A stretch of DNA of 64,000 bases from Heterodontus francisci (Eukaryota), in contig NC_090413.1 in the NCBI RefSeq assembly GCF_036365525.1, positions 27,976,262 through 28,040,261 on the forward strand, in the 5' to 3' direction. The notes beneath the pieces were generated by a model. The model made no database searches, had not been told where the DNA came from, and saw only the letters and a program-made list of their open reading frames with translations. Positions 1 to 12,199 of this stretch are shown here, in pieces. Within the stretch, counting starts at the first letter, position 1, and each line of letters begins with the position of its first letter. Made by a program: the position numbers and the translations under genes.

Positions 1-75
1 TTTGGACCAAGGCTGTAATGAGGTCAGGAGCTGAGTGGCCCTGGCAGAACCCAAACTGAGCGTCACTGAGCAGGG
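1..75 (-). mobile_element. LINE reverse-transcriptase fragment
   Basis: Minus strand translates LLSDAQFGFCQGHSAPDLITALVQ, the QFGF motif region of non-LTR RTs. Confidence 0.7.
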
Positions 76-415
76 TCTTTAACATAGTAAGACACCCCAA
101 GTCACTTCACAGGAGATGTTCCAAAATAAAATTTGACAGAGTCACATTAGGAGAGATTAGGACAGGTGACCAAAAACTTAGTCAAAGAACTAGGCTTTAA
201 GGAACATCTTAAAGAGGCTGAGAGGTTTAGGGAGGGGATTCCAGAGCTTAGGACCCAGGCAACTGAAGGCACAACCACCAATGGTGGAGCAATTAAAATC
301 AGGGATTCAAGTCGAGAGGCTAGAATTGGAGGAATACAGAGATGTCGGAGGTTACAGCGATAGGGAGGGGGCAGGGCCATGGATGGATCTGAGAGAATTT
401 TAAATTCTGACCATC
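76..415 (-). mobile_element. L2-type LINE 3' fragment
   Basis: Reverse complement of the IGGxAFSCLGPKLWNSLP-type RT C-terminus. The same block recurs at about 2330-2660, 11090-11370, 28570-29560 and 37920-38270, and on + at 15900-16175. Confidence 0.7.
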
Positions 416-1924
416 AAGGCTAACAATGCAACTTTAAAACTCAGTGATGGAGAAATGGAGCAAGTTTGAGGTCCAAACAAGCCCCATTGTAAACAATTAA
501 CTAGCAGCAATAACCCAATCAGTGCTCAGTGCAGAGTTAATGGCAGAGACAATGCATTTGCCTGGAAGCAATACACCACGTCAAGGCGGACAGTAAAAGA
601 ACAACATTGAGTGCACAGCATCTGGGATTATTGGCAGCAATTTCCAAAAGACTTCAAATCCACCTTTCCCAACTGGCAGAGGTCAACTCCAAAACTCTGT
701 TCAACTGGCTTTGGAACAAAAAAAAAAACTGTGCTTTAGAGGAAACCCCCATTTACACATCCATGTTGGATCATCTGCCTGTATTGCGGGCAACAGAATT
801 GTCATGGTAACCAGTGTAAATTGGTTTGGTGGGTTCCTCCAGGGGAAGAGTTGGTGCACGTACTAAGCAGAACCCATTGGAGGTGGGGGTGGGGAATGAG
901 GAGAACCCCAGGGCCCATCTCGCAACTGTAACCAGGTTAGCCTGGCTTTGAGGCTGTTGTAAGTGTGTCTCTGTATTGGGGGTGGGAAGGCGAATGGAAA
1001 GGTTAAAGGGGAGAATAAACCAGTCATGTAGGGCTCCCAATCTTTGTTCATTATACATTCTCTTCTCCTTCACCTGCACAAATTCAGGCATCAGTCCAGA
1101 GTGGATCGGAGCTCAGCTGTGATTCCCCTCAGGGTCGCATAGCCCCAAACAATGGTTGTCCATGGCCTCATGATGTGGAGGCATTTAAAACGTTTCAACA
1201 TATATGAAGGAATCTCAGAACTGCTGAAGCGTCAGACTTTTGCCTTATTTTTGTTATTTAGCTGTAGGATTCCTGAAACAGCAGGATTTTAAACATTAAA
1301 ACCTGGATTTCCAACTAAAAATGATATCACACAGTTTGTAGCTGGAGTTTGAAGAGATTGCAACTTGATAGAGGCCGATAGACCAGTAACACATCAAATG
1401 AGCTGTAAACAAACAAGAACGTTGTTTAGGAACAGAAACAGATGTTGGAAACGAGAATGAGATTAAGTAGCTGCAGCAGTAAATTCTTCAAATTAGACAT
1501 CCCAAGCTAATTCATTTTCTGAACACAGGTGGTGGTGAGAATGATTTCACTGGTGTCTTTCATTTCTAAAATTTATTATTCAGCACAAAGACTGCCAGCT
1601 GAAACAAAGGAACCCAGGTTAAAGGAGTCAGTAACAGCACAGGGCACTGGTCAGATTGAGAAAGATGACAGAGATCCAGAACTGGAGATAAATATCTAGC
1701 AATTTGGCCACAAATATAGAAAGCGGTGAGACCCACAGCAGAAAATGCAAGGACTGGGACACTGACGTGTGGGTTTACAACCCACAGGCTTTAAGGCGAG
1801 GGAAGACTGAGTGAGATCAGGAGTTTGCAGGTCCTGAGAAAGGAGGTGTGGGAGGCAGAGAATAGTCACCCCCCACATGCATGAATATCACCCCCTTATT
1901 GTTCACTAAACTCACAACAACTTG

Positions 1925-2315
1925 CACTTGGGCAGCAATTACTGAACATTCCTGAACGTACAAAGAATTACACTAACTAATTTAAGATAATCAGTCGGGC
2001 TCACAACGTGGCTCACTTACGCTTGCTAGAAGCTGCATATATTCATACGCAGGGCCCTGTCCTCTGCAGGCAAAAAGGAACATCTCCAGGAGTTGTGCCT
2101 TTATTGAATTAAACAAAAAAAAAAGGCGTGGGGGATACAATAGTTCCCTGGTGCATTCGCCATAGCAACGCCTCGACCAGAGTTGACTGGCCAACCAATC
2201 AGCACCCATTTCTCACAGTATAGCTTGTTGCTCCCTTTGGAGTTCGCCATTCTTGCTTCCGTCCTGATGAGTGCAAGATGAAAAGCTTCGACAGCATGTC
2301 TCTTTTTTTCAGCAA
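1925..2315 (+). mobile_element. Penelope-like element remnant (GIY-YIG C-terminus plus pLTR)
   Basis: From 1981 it reads FKIISRAHNVAHLRLLEAAYIHTQGPVLCRQK, matching the end of PLE GIY-YIG endonucleases. A hammerhead motif follows. Confidence 0.7.
2261..2292 (+). ncRNA. Minimal type I hammerhead ribozyme motif (PLE-associated)
   Basis: GTC-CTGATGA-GT(GCAAG)AT-GAA-AAGCTT-C-GAC. Stem I is GTC/GAC, cores are CUGAUGA and GAAA, stem III is the palindrome AAGCTT, and the cleavage triplet UUC ends at 2289. Stem II is weak (G-U closing pair). Confidence 0.65.
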
Positions 2316-2329
2316 TACTTTTAGTAAAA

Positions 2330-2665
2330 TATCCCAAAGGCACTTTAGAGGAGCGTTACCAAAAAGAATTGGACACTGAGCCACATAAGGAGATATTAGG
2401 ACAGGTGCCCAAAAGATTGGTCAGAGGTAGGTTTTAAGGAGGAGAGGGAGGTGGAGGGGTTTGGAGAGGGAGGTGGAGGGGTTTAGGGAGGGAATTCCAG
2501 AGCTTAGGATCCAGGCAGCTGAAGGCACAGCCACCAGAATGAGAGGAGTGCGGAGATCTCAGAGGGTTGTAGGGGATGCAGGCGATTCGAGATAGGGAGG
2601 GACAAGGCCATGGAGGGATTTGACCACAAGACAACATTATACAGTTTTCAGTTTTAATTAGGCAG
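2330..2665 (-). mobile_element. L2-type LINE 3' fragment
   Basis: ORF track 2434..2814(-) contains GGCAFSCLDPKLWNSLPKPL. Confidence 0.7.
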
Positions 2666-3269
2666 TCATCCACTTCACCCACCAAGGGATAGTTAGCTCG
2701 GGTTACTACAGAAACATGCAAATGTGTAACTAAACCAGTAACATCACCGTTAGAGCTGCTTATGGTTTCTAGTCTATCAAAACACTCAGGGTCAGTCACT
2801 ACCTCAAAGAACAAGCCTTTACATTTGTCCCAAAAACCTTATCCCTGGCAAACAGCCATTTAACCACAGCATTTCACTGGATTTTCCACCCAGACTGTCA
2901 CTTTAACTTCGAAAGAATTGTGGGAAAGTAAAAACAAATTCAACACCATTTCCCATGAGAAAGAAATCCATTAATCACATCAGTGTCTCCACTTCACAGA
3001 ACAGTCAACTCAGCAATTAATCAGCATTTTCTTGCTAGAAGCAGAAACACCAATGACAGGATAGTGACACAAAACATTCGCTGAATGGGGCCGTGACCTC
3101 TGAAACTATTAAATCAAAGGGGCTGGTGTATTCTCCTAGAATAAGAGGGGGAGGGTAGGTCAGCAGCTGACTTTGCAGTATGTCCAACCAGCAGCCCCAC
3201 TTAGCCAGCACGATGCTGCAACTTCGAGGAGGCCCCTAGACCACATCATCAATCTAGACAGAGGTGACA

Positions 3270-3585
3270 CTACCAGCGCACAGTGGCTGCCATGTGTTAC
3301 ATCCACTCACCAAGCCTCCTTCAATAGCACCTTCCAAACCCATGGCCTCTACCAACTAGAAGGACAAGGGCAGCAGATGCATGGGAACACCACCACCTGC
3401 AAGTTCCCCTCCAAGTCACACACCATCCTGACTTGGAACTATATCACCATTCCTTCACTGTCACTGGGTCAAAATCCTGGAACGCCCTTCCTAACAGCAC
3501 TGTGGGTGTACCTATCCCACATGGACTGCAGCGGTTCAAGAAGGCAGCTCACCACCACCTTCTCAAGGGCAATAAATGCTGGCCT
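3270..3585 (+). mobile_element. LINE 3' end, clade uncertain; tail GGGCAATAAATGCTGGCC
   Basis: Encodes SFTVTGSKSWNALP...LQRFKKAAHHHLLKGN. A second copy lies on the minus strand at about 37075-37475. Confidence 0.7.
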
Positions 3586-3679
3586 TGTAGTCCTCTGGCA
3601 CAGGCTCACCCACCCAGTCCATCTGCACCTAAAGACCGCTGACTATTACATTTGCTCTTTGCTTAGGCTGATTGGACGG

Positions 3680-3880
3680 GATATTGTCCTCTCGCAAAAA
3701 AATCTGTGGATGCTGGTGATCCATTGGAGCTTTGAAGGTGGAGATGGATAGATTTTTGTTGGGTAAGGGGTGTGAAGGGATATGGAGCAAAGGCGGGTAA
3801 ATGTAATTGAGTTACAGATCAGTCATGATCTATTGGAGTGACAGAACAGGCTTGAGGGGCTGAATGGCCTCCTCCTGTTG
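3680..3880 (+). mobile_element. CR1 3' fragment
   Basis: Ends in GAGGGGCTGAATGGCCTCCTCCTGTT, the CR1 tail also seen at 4320, 40425 and 52970. Confidence 0.6.
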
Positions 3881-4634
3881 CTTGCAGATCACACTACACC
3901 ATGGCTGCACGTTTCCCATACAGTCACTTACCTTCAACCCATTTCTCCCCGGCGTTCACACTGCGGCACCGTAAACCCCGTCCCCGGCGTTCACACTGCG
4001 CTCCCATCGGGCACCATCCCACTGGCACCAGTTCAATCAGCACCTGGGGGACACAATGGCATGTCCAGCCCAGTGTGACAGAGGCCATCGTATACCTGGA
4101 GTATTTGATCATCTCAGTCTATCCTTCTCCCTAAAACCACCAATCCAGTTTGAACACAGGAATTGCTGCATGAGGACAGGCCAGCGTCTGTCTGGCTCAC
4201 CTTCCATCATCCTTGTAGTCACATGTTACAACCAGAATAAAGGAATGGAAGGATCTGGGAATCGGGCAGGACAGTGGATTTGAGGTAGAATATCAGCCAT
4301 GATCGTACTGAATGGTGGTGCAAGCCTGAGGGGCCGAATGGCCCGCTCCACCTTCTCAAGGCTAATCAGGGATGAACAACAAATGCTGGCTTTGCCTGTG
4401 ACACTCGCATCCCATGAACAAATTTTTAAAAAATTCTTATCTTCCTTTCTGCAGTCTGGACCCCCCTCCCCCGCCAGACTGTCAGTATTTGATGGATGGT
4501 CACCTTGGCACTTTGCCAGTCTGGCCCCTCCTCCCCCACTCCCACAAGCCTGCCTCCTTTCTCCCTCCCCCACCCCAGCCCCTCCTCCTCCTCCCCACAC
4601 CACTACCCCCACCCCCACCAGGCCTGCTCCATAC

Positions 4635-4685
4635 CTCGGGTTGGATGGCTTTGAAGACAGGAATGTCAAGTCGGGTGATTTGACT
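4635..4685 (-). CDS. RALGPS-family Ral GEF exon (SQITRLDIPVFKAIQPE), start of the CDC25/RasGEF domain
   Basis: Acceptor tgtttcag and donor GAG|gtatgg; 51 nt, phase 0/0. Closely matches recalled human RALGPS1 SQITLMDIPVFKAIQPE. Confidence 0.9.
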
Positions 4686-5112
4686 CTGAAACAAAGCAGA
4701 ATATCAGTGATCAACCACAGGCAATACACAGGATGTGAAGGAATCCTTTCACTAACCCCAGACTGCTAAAACAAGTTGCAAACACAGAGACAAAAACAAG
4801 CAACTTAACACTGCATTAAAATATTTAACAACCAGACATACACCCGTTCGTGCACAGTCTGCTCCTCGAGATTATTACTGACTCTTTCTGCTGAACAAAC
4901 ACCAGATTGTCCAGATTCGGTCCTAAATTGCTCTGCTGCACAATCCCACCTCCGTGACAAATCCTCTAGAACTTTCCTTTGTCCTGCCTTTGCTTCCTGC
5001 CCCATTCCCCACCTTGCTGGTTTGCATGGCCATTGCAGAGAGTTGCTTTGGGATATCGCAGATAATAACCAGAGGACACAGATTTTAAAAAGTTAATAAA
5101 AACAAAAAACGT

Positions 5113-5235
5113 CCAGCAGGTCTGGCAGCATCTGTGGAGAGAGAAACAGAGTTAACGTTTCAGCTCTGATGATTTCTGGCATTTTCTGTTTTTATTTTGG
5201 ATTTCCAACATCTGCAGTATTTTACTTTTGTCTTC
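5113..5235. mobile_element. Collapsed inverted Penelope pLTR-derived fragment
   Basis: 5113-5162 is the reverse complement of the GAAACGTTAACTCTG...GATGCTGCC tail at 27561-27610. It is followed by the same element's T-rich tail in + orientation. Confidence 0.55.
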
Positions 5236-5919
5236 TAGATTTAAGGGGATTTGCAAAAAAAAAAAAACCTTTATGCAACGAGTGGTTCGGATTTGGAATG
5301 CACTGCCTGAGGGGTTGGGAAAAAAGTGGGAGAGCCGCACTAGCTAGATTGTTCTCCAAAAAGAAGCCAGCACAGACTCTATGGGCAGAATGGCCTCCTT
5401 TGATACTATATTATTTTCAGATGCTATGGAGGGACAATCTTTTCAAAGGTTTTACACATTTGCTAATTGACAGAGCAGCTTACAAAACCACTGCAAGATG
5501 GGGCACCGGATAGACAAATTACACCTTCATAATCAAACTGGCTTCAGTTCCAGGCTGATGTGACCCCTGTCACCACAAACGAGGCTCAATGCTCCAGTAA
5601 CCAGACTGTCTGAGGTTTTCTAAAAAAAAAGTGCAAACTTTCAACCTCTATCTTTTGCAGACACAGACAGCAGCTGTTGATGGTTTTGTGAAATGATAAA
5701 GATACAAGCAGAAGTATGCAGAGATTTTAGATCTACATCAATGCACAAATTGGCAAAAAAATTCAAAAGTGCAGACTGTACCGCAAGCAGAGATTATTAC
5801 TCTCGCCTCCTCCCTTTGACCCAGCAAGAGGCTGATACCTCATCAGCCTGAATTCATCACCACCCCAGGAACAAGTTAGCTCAAATAAATAATGGGTTTG
5901 AATTGAGCATGTTCCCAGG

Positions 5920-6222
5920 GCAGTACAGAGGGAGTGCTGCACTGGAGGTGCCAACTTTTGGATGAGACGTGAAACCGAGGTCCTGTCTATCCTCAGGTGG
6001 CCCTATTTAAAAATGAGCTGGGGAGTGATGCCCTGTCAATATTTATCCTTTAAACAACTTCACAAAAACAATTTACCGATTATCTCATTGTCTGTGGGAG
6101 CTTGCTGCGCGCAAATTGGCTTCCTACGTTACAACAGTGAGTACACTTTAAAAGTACTCCATTGTCTGTGAAACGCTTTGGGACAACCTGAGTCGTGAAA
6201 GGCGCTATAGAAATGTAAATCT
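5920..6222 (+). mobile_element. DeuSINE/SacSINE-like SINE
   Basis: CAGTACAGAGGGAGTGCTGCACTG...TGTGGGAGCTTGCTG...AAAGGCGCTATAGAAATG with an L2-like tail. Other copies at about 7030-7190(-), 9980-10370(+), 16550-16950(-), 19045-19310(-), 23430-23690(-), 36115-36240(+), 38800-39000(-) and 50465-50530(+). Family name is from recall. Confidence 0.6.
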
Positions 6223-6806
6223 GTCACACATCAGTGAGTAAGGACACAAATAAAATCTGCAAACTCTGGCAAACCAGGTTTAAAAATCAGAGTGGGATAA
6301 AAAGTAAAACACAAGGTCAAAAATTTGAAATTGCTGCCATCCAAGAAATGTCAGGTCTTAAGATTCCTGTCTATCGGTATTTGTCCTCACTCTGAACAGT
6401 CTGCTCCAGTACCTTCCACGTTTACCACCTCCTTCCAGTTTTCTCTCCCTGACCCCAGGCTGCCTTTTAGCATCATGTTCGTTAGCCCAGTGAGCTATTT
6501 GACTGTGATAGGCACCACAATCAATCCCGACCCAGTTTTGGATTTTCATTTTGTCGTAGAGATCATTGGATTTTGTCGCTCCCAATTGCAGGGGCAGAGG
6601 TCATTGCAAACCAACTGGAATCAGATAACAACACAATTAGGAACTTACTGCCCCCACTCAGTACACTCCCCAGCAAGTCTCTGGGGGAAATCGTTTGAAT
6701 ATCTCACTGTTTACAGTCCGGACACCATTATAAATCCAATACTCATCATACATCTTTCTCCATCCCTCCCACTCTCGTTCCCTCTCTCCCTTCATGTTCT
6801 ACTCAC

Positions 6807-6911
6807 TGCAAACTGTTCCGGGGTTACCATGAGAACATCAAACACAACAGCATCGAAGCTCTTTCCGAGGCCGCAGGATCCTTTCTGTGTGGACGCCACA
6901 GATGAGCTCTT
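6807..6911 (-). CDS. RALGPS-family exon (KSSSVASTQKGSCGLGKSFDAVVFDVLMVTPEQFA)
   Basis: Acceptor ttgtctatttcag and donor GCA|gtgagt; 105 nt, phase 0/0. KSFDAVVFDVLxVTPE is characteristic of RALGPS1/2. Confidence 0.9.
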
Positions 6912-7334
6912 CTGAAATAGACAAAATCTTAGCTTGTAAACAGACAGTAATTGAGCAGCAGGTTTTGGAAAATTAAGCACAGTTCATTCAGACACCATGC
7001 CAGACTTTTTTTTTTAAAAAAAGAAAACAATTTTCTAAAGTACTTTTTTGAAGCAGTCATTGTTTTTAAAGGCAGCCATTTGTGCACAGCAAGATCCCAC
7101 AAACAACACTGTGATAAGGATCGGATAACCTGTTGCAGTGACATTGCCTGAGGAATATTTAGCCAGGACACTGGGCAGAACCCGCCTGCAACTCCGGGCC
7201 TGTGACGTTCGCACAGCCTGACTAGCTAGGAAGGACAAGGGAAGAGGGAAGGCCACCCCTATTCTCCTGCCTTCTCTCAGTCACATCCACTGGCAGAGGA
7301 ACCCACTCACCATCTCAGCAACAGAAAGAGACTT

Positions 7335-7830
7335 TATGGAAACTTACAGCACAGAAGGAGGCCATTCGGCCCATCACTTCCATGCTGGCTTTGAAAGAGT
7401 GGTTGTGTTTAATCCCACATTCCTGCTTCTAGTCCATAACCCTGTAAATTCCCCATCCAACTCTCTTTCAAAATGGAGATTGAGCGCTGCCAGATCCCTC
7501 TGACTGTAAAGAATTCTCATCTCCCATCTAGACCTTCCATCAATGATTTTGAATCCACAACCTGATTATTGGTCCACTCACTGGAGGCAATACAGTTTTT
7601 TTAATTCACTATCAAAACCAATCTTGAAAACCTCTATTAAGTCACCTCTTAACCTTCTGTGTTCCAACCACTCCTTAGAACTGAAATCCCTCATCCTTGG
7701 TAAAAATCCTGAAAATCCTCGGTACTCTTTCTAAGGCCTTTACATCTTTCCTGCAGCGCGGTGCCCAGAATTGTCCACACTTCTCCAGCTGAGGCTTAAC
7801 CAGTGATCTATAAAAGTTCCAACACAATCT
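7335..7830 (-). mobile_element. Degraded CR1 3' fragment
   Basis: Begins ACAGCACAGAAGGAGGCCATTCGGCCC (CR1 tail, reverse complement), followed by decayed RT C-terminal sequence. Confidence 0.6.
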
Positions 7831-8579
7831 CTTCAACACAAGGTTTTTGTAAAATTTAACTTTGAGAACACAGGAAAGCTGTGTTCTGTTGCCACCCTGT
7901 GCTCAGCATATACACCGTGCTGAATTAGCCAAAGTGAATAATTATACCTAAAACGTGCCGAGACTTCAGCATTCAGTCGAATGATTGGCAAGCCCCACCT
8001 CCCTCCCCTTTGCCCTTTCCCAAAAATCAATCTCAAACTCCATGAAATGAGGAAACAAAACTCTTGGATTATCAGAAGTTTAAAATTAACCTCAAAAGGC
8101 AAAAGCTTTAGTACCATTCTGCTCTTCAATGTTAACTTGCCGGTTACAGTAAGTGAATGGGAGAGGAAAAGAGGAATTTAAAAAAAAGTGTACATCAATA
8201 TTTGAATATTTGAACCACTGCCCATTATTAATTTCCTTTCAGAAGAGATTAACATTAAAATTGCGACAATAATAGACTCAAGTTGCTGTCAGACCATTTC
8301 CCGAATATCAGATTCCGATCAGCAAGATTTCGTTGCACCTTCAATCTGAAGCATCAAGTTCCAAAAAGGTAGGTGAAGCAGGGGATACACGATCGAGTAA
8401 ACTGATCAACAGCAGACACATAAGCAAAGCTCGTAGCCAGGGCTCTCTAATGGTATCTGTATCTCTGGGTTTGGAAGGGGGTAATAAGTTTGTCAGAGAT
8501 CCTGCAGTCCGAGTTGCAAAGTTCGTGTCAACAAGTTCAGAGTTTCTGCAATGGTCTCCGGTGATGAATGCTGGACTTT

Positions 8580-9489
8580 GTAACATGATTATGTTTTAAA
8601 AATTGAGTTTTTTTTTTCCAAGTTTAAGATGGAGTCCAAAGGGTCAGGTGACCTCACATCCACTTTGCTAAAGGACAACAGAAAATCTCAGTTACCAAGA
8701 CAGAGAACACAAAGACCTTTTTTGTTTGGAAACAACAGAGACAGCTGGGGTAACACCTGAAAGAATAATGGGTTTCACGCTCCCAGACTATCGGATCATA
8801 AACAAGGAGTTAGTGATTCTGAGGATGCAAATGTACCAAGCAGCAGTCAACGCCTGGAAACAACGGAAGGCCCAGGTGACTCTGTGAAACCACACTTCTG
8901 GACTTTGCATATTGGAACAGGACAATAAGCTATTGACTTTTGAGTCTAGATAAATTTAACTGATTTTATGAGGCAGGCTGCAAGAAAGGAAGGGAATCAG
9001 TGGTGACAGGGATAGGGTTCCCTCGGAAGCCTTAGTGAAAGGCTTCAAAGACTGGAACCTGTTTGGAAAGTTGAAGTTCACGGAAAAGTAAAAGCCCAAC
9101 AGGATCATTTTATTCACGGTTAGCCAGGTCAAAAGTATTCTAAGAAGTGAATGAAGAGGGCATTGACTTTGAAAAGGTTTGGGAGATCCACCCCATTGCA
9201 ACTGGGAGGAGTTTGGGACTTTTAACTGCAAAGATTTCACCATCAAAGAGGACTGTAAAAGTGCGCTGTAAGGTTTACAAGTGTTTTAATAAGTGAAAAA
9301 AAAAACCTTTCCCCGTAATTTGGGTTATCAGCCACTTACAAGGTACTATTTCATTAATGGGGATTTCTTTTAGTTTTGTTGTTATAATGAATGTGTAAAA
9401 TGTGAAATCTTGTGGTGTAATTCTTTAAATTGGTCTGGGGTTCATAGCTCATGTTTTTAACATTAACGGTCTCACTGAGGTCGTAAACA
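8580..9489 (+). mobile_element. Possible solo-LTR-like element
   Basis: Non-coding block of about 0.9 kb ending ...GAGGTCGTAAACA, loosely resembling the reverse of 20653-21702. Ends are poorly defined. Confidence 0.3.
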
Positions 9490-10512
9490 CCTCCATAGTC
9501 CAATAGCAGCCAACACAATGTCTGGACTTACACAAAGGAGAGTCACTCAAAGAAGGCACTGCGCATCTTCTTTCTTCAAAAAACAAATAATATCTTCTCC
9601 AAGTTCATACCTGACCAGGTTACTTCATTCAATCAAAATCCGAGTGCAGACAGTGTGTGACAAGACAGTATGCCTCTCCCTACCATTTCCTCTAATCTTT
9701 TCCCTTCCCAAATTACAGACAACCCTCCTTTTCTTGGTGCCTCCTCAAAGCAACAAGATAGTGAGCGAGACTTCACAGCACAGAGAATTCGGAGTGAACT
9801 ATTCTGAGGCCATGGACCCTTTATGAGTTTATGCTCCCATCATTTTTTTCCATCTTTCCTTCTGGGCTTTCTGGCCTTCCTAACTCATGCCCCCGAGAGT
9901 AGAGGTCGGCTGCCCTGCCAATGCTGCTCCTAGCTGGACACAGGATGAGAGAAGCTGGAAAGAGGCCTTCCCCAACTCTATATCCAATCCTGAGTCAGCT
10001 TCACTCAGGGTAGTATTCTTACCTCAGGAAGAATGTTGTGGGTTCAAACCCCACGACAGGATCTAAGCACTGACTGCACTGTCAGAAGTGGCGTTTTCCA
10101 GGTGAGATGACACCAAAGCTCAATTTGCCTTCAGGTGGTCAATAAAGGTCCCCCGGCAACATTCGAGGAAAAGGAGTGGGGGTGGGGCAAGTTACCCTGG
10201 GCAACATTGCTCCCTCACACATCCCAACCAAAATACAGAATAACTGGTCATTAAATCACTCCTCTTTGCGGGATCTTGCTGTGTGCAAGGTGACTGCCGC
10301 ATTTCCCAGCATTAGGGCAGTGAAGATCTTTGGGATGTTACAGGCACTAGTTAAATGCCAGCTCTTTCTTTCCAACACTCAGCAGAGCTGAATTCAGAAA
10401 AGAGAGAGGACAGATTAACCAAGTCAACCAAGTCTAGTCCATGATTCCATTATCAGTCTGGAATTATTTTATCTGAAAAAAACCCCTCTCGTTGCAGTAT
10501 TAACATCCCTGC

Positions 10513-10566
10513 CTCTGATCCAAGATCTGACTCCATGTCACTGGGCAAGTCTTCAGTCATTTCCAT
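10513..10566 (-). CDS. Tentative start-codon exon of the RALGPS-like gene (MEMTEDLPSDMESDLGSE)
   Basis: Good acceptor (tgttttacag) immediately upstream of 10620, Kozak GGCATGG, 18 codons ending SE in phase 0 like recalled RALGPS2 ...TASE|KSSS. It needs a weak GC donor (GAG|gcaggg). Confidence 0.3.
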
Positions 10567-10770
10567 GCCAACCACGAGTAACTCTTCAATCTCAGGTGTC
10601 GCTCATCGATGGATCAAATTCTGTAAAACATTAAATGTTAGAGGGAATTTCAGGTTTTACACTCGAAGAACCAGAGATTACTCTGGTGATCTAATGGTTT
10701 TCGTTAGTGGAATAAGTCTGATAAATGATTTACAGGAGAGATACCTGGCAATTCCATTCTAATCACTTAC

Positions 10771-10972
10771 CCTCACTCTCAATCTTGCCAGCTGCACCAA
10801 TCCCAAGAATGAATAACAAAATACTAACAATTACAGACTGACAAATGGGGGCCTTAATTAAGATACATAAAAATCCATAGTCCGAAAACTCCCTTCTCCA
10901 AATGTGCAAAGACGCAGGTGCTCCCGAGATACATGTCAGTAATATAAATGTTAGAGGGCAGGAACACAAACC
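10771..10972 (-). other. Candidate 5'UTR exon of the RALGPS-like gene
   Basis: Acceptor cctcttgtgtctcag and donor G|gtaagt; 150-nt intron to the exon starting at 10620. Confidence 0.3.
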
Positions 10973-12199
10973 CTGAGACACAAGAGGACAAATGAAGCAT
11001 CAGATCTTCCTCAGATGATACCAGATACATTCTGCTGCATATTTACTACTGGTTGAAGCTTTAAACACTTAAAAAAAAGTTATAGCAACATATCTATATA
11101 GCACCATTAACAGTAAACCGATGAAATCTTGGTCAGAGGTAGGTTGTAAAGGAAGAAAGGAGGTAGAGAGGCGAAGAGAACTCCAGATGTTAGGGCCCAG
11201 GCACCTGAAGGTTCAACCACCAGTGGTGGAGTGATGGAATTGGAGCGGAGCAGAGCCGGGGAAGGGCGTGGGGGCTGGAGGTGGTGACAGAGCCGGGGAA
11301 GGGCGTGGGGGCTGGAGGAGGTGACAGAGACGGGGAAGGGCCTGGGGGCTGACAGACGGGGAGGGGCCAATTGTACATCTCAGCTAAATTCACATTGACT
11401 GCACTGGGTCACACTCTGAACTTGAGCAGAGTTTAGGATGTTGTTTCCTGTTGAAGTGCCACAAAGCAGAGTCCACTGCCCTTCGTGCGATTTCCCGGTT
11501 TGCTTTAGGTCAATCTGAACCAGCTGGTTTTGATGTGTAAAGTTCAAGTACAGATTAACTCTGACTGAGACTCCAAGTTTCACCTTCACACCGAACCCGA
11601 GCCCAAAGAAACGAGAGAGAGAAAGATCAAGAATGAACCTGTTAAAAGAGGCATCAACTGGGAGGCCCATCCACACCTTGTGTAGTACAAGGGGAATATC
11701 AATGGTTATAGCCTGCCTACAAGGAGGATATTGGGGTTTTAACACCTGTTACTACTGGTTATATAGAGATTATCAGTGAGTTATTGTATTATTGTTGGTT
11801 ATGAAGGAAACCAGTATTAGTGTTAGTAACTGCCTGAAATGACACTGATAACCGTTAGGTCCTCGTGGAGTCAAAAGTTCCTCCAACTTTTGGTTTCCTC
11901 TCCATCCTCAGTATCTCTCCGCCACCACCCCCACCCAGCCATGCTTCCTCCACTCATGCTCTCCCCTCCCTCTGTTTCTCTCCCACCCCCACCCTTGCCT
12001 GCCGTGGCCTCGTGGTTCTCGGAATTTCTCACAAAGCAGCTGCTGGTTTAAAACCACCAGTTTAAATACAGGGGCCCAACCTTTTCAAAAGGAAATGTAA
12101 TTATATTTGCAGATGTCGTGCGATCAGACATCACCTGATCCAGTAATCCCTTGACCAGAGCTGGTAACTCTGATATTTAGATCAATGATTTGGAGACGG

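Noticed and set aside
3932-4043. Exon-like segment on the minus strand with good splice sites and a 19-bp internal duplication
   Set aside because: 112 nt would shift the frame, and the peptide does not match the expected next RALGPS exon (ELxSCGWxKKEK...TRRFN). A cryptic or poison exon is not excluded.
4805-5005. 66-aa ORF as an alternative RALGPS first exon
   Set aside because: Only a weak in-phase donor (gtgtat) and no recognisable homology.
8341-8586. 81-aa ORF with a hydrophobic stretch
   Set aside because: No homology or convincing splice sites that I can identify.
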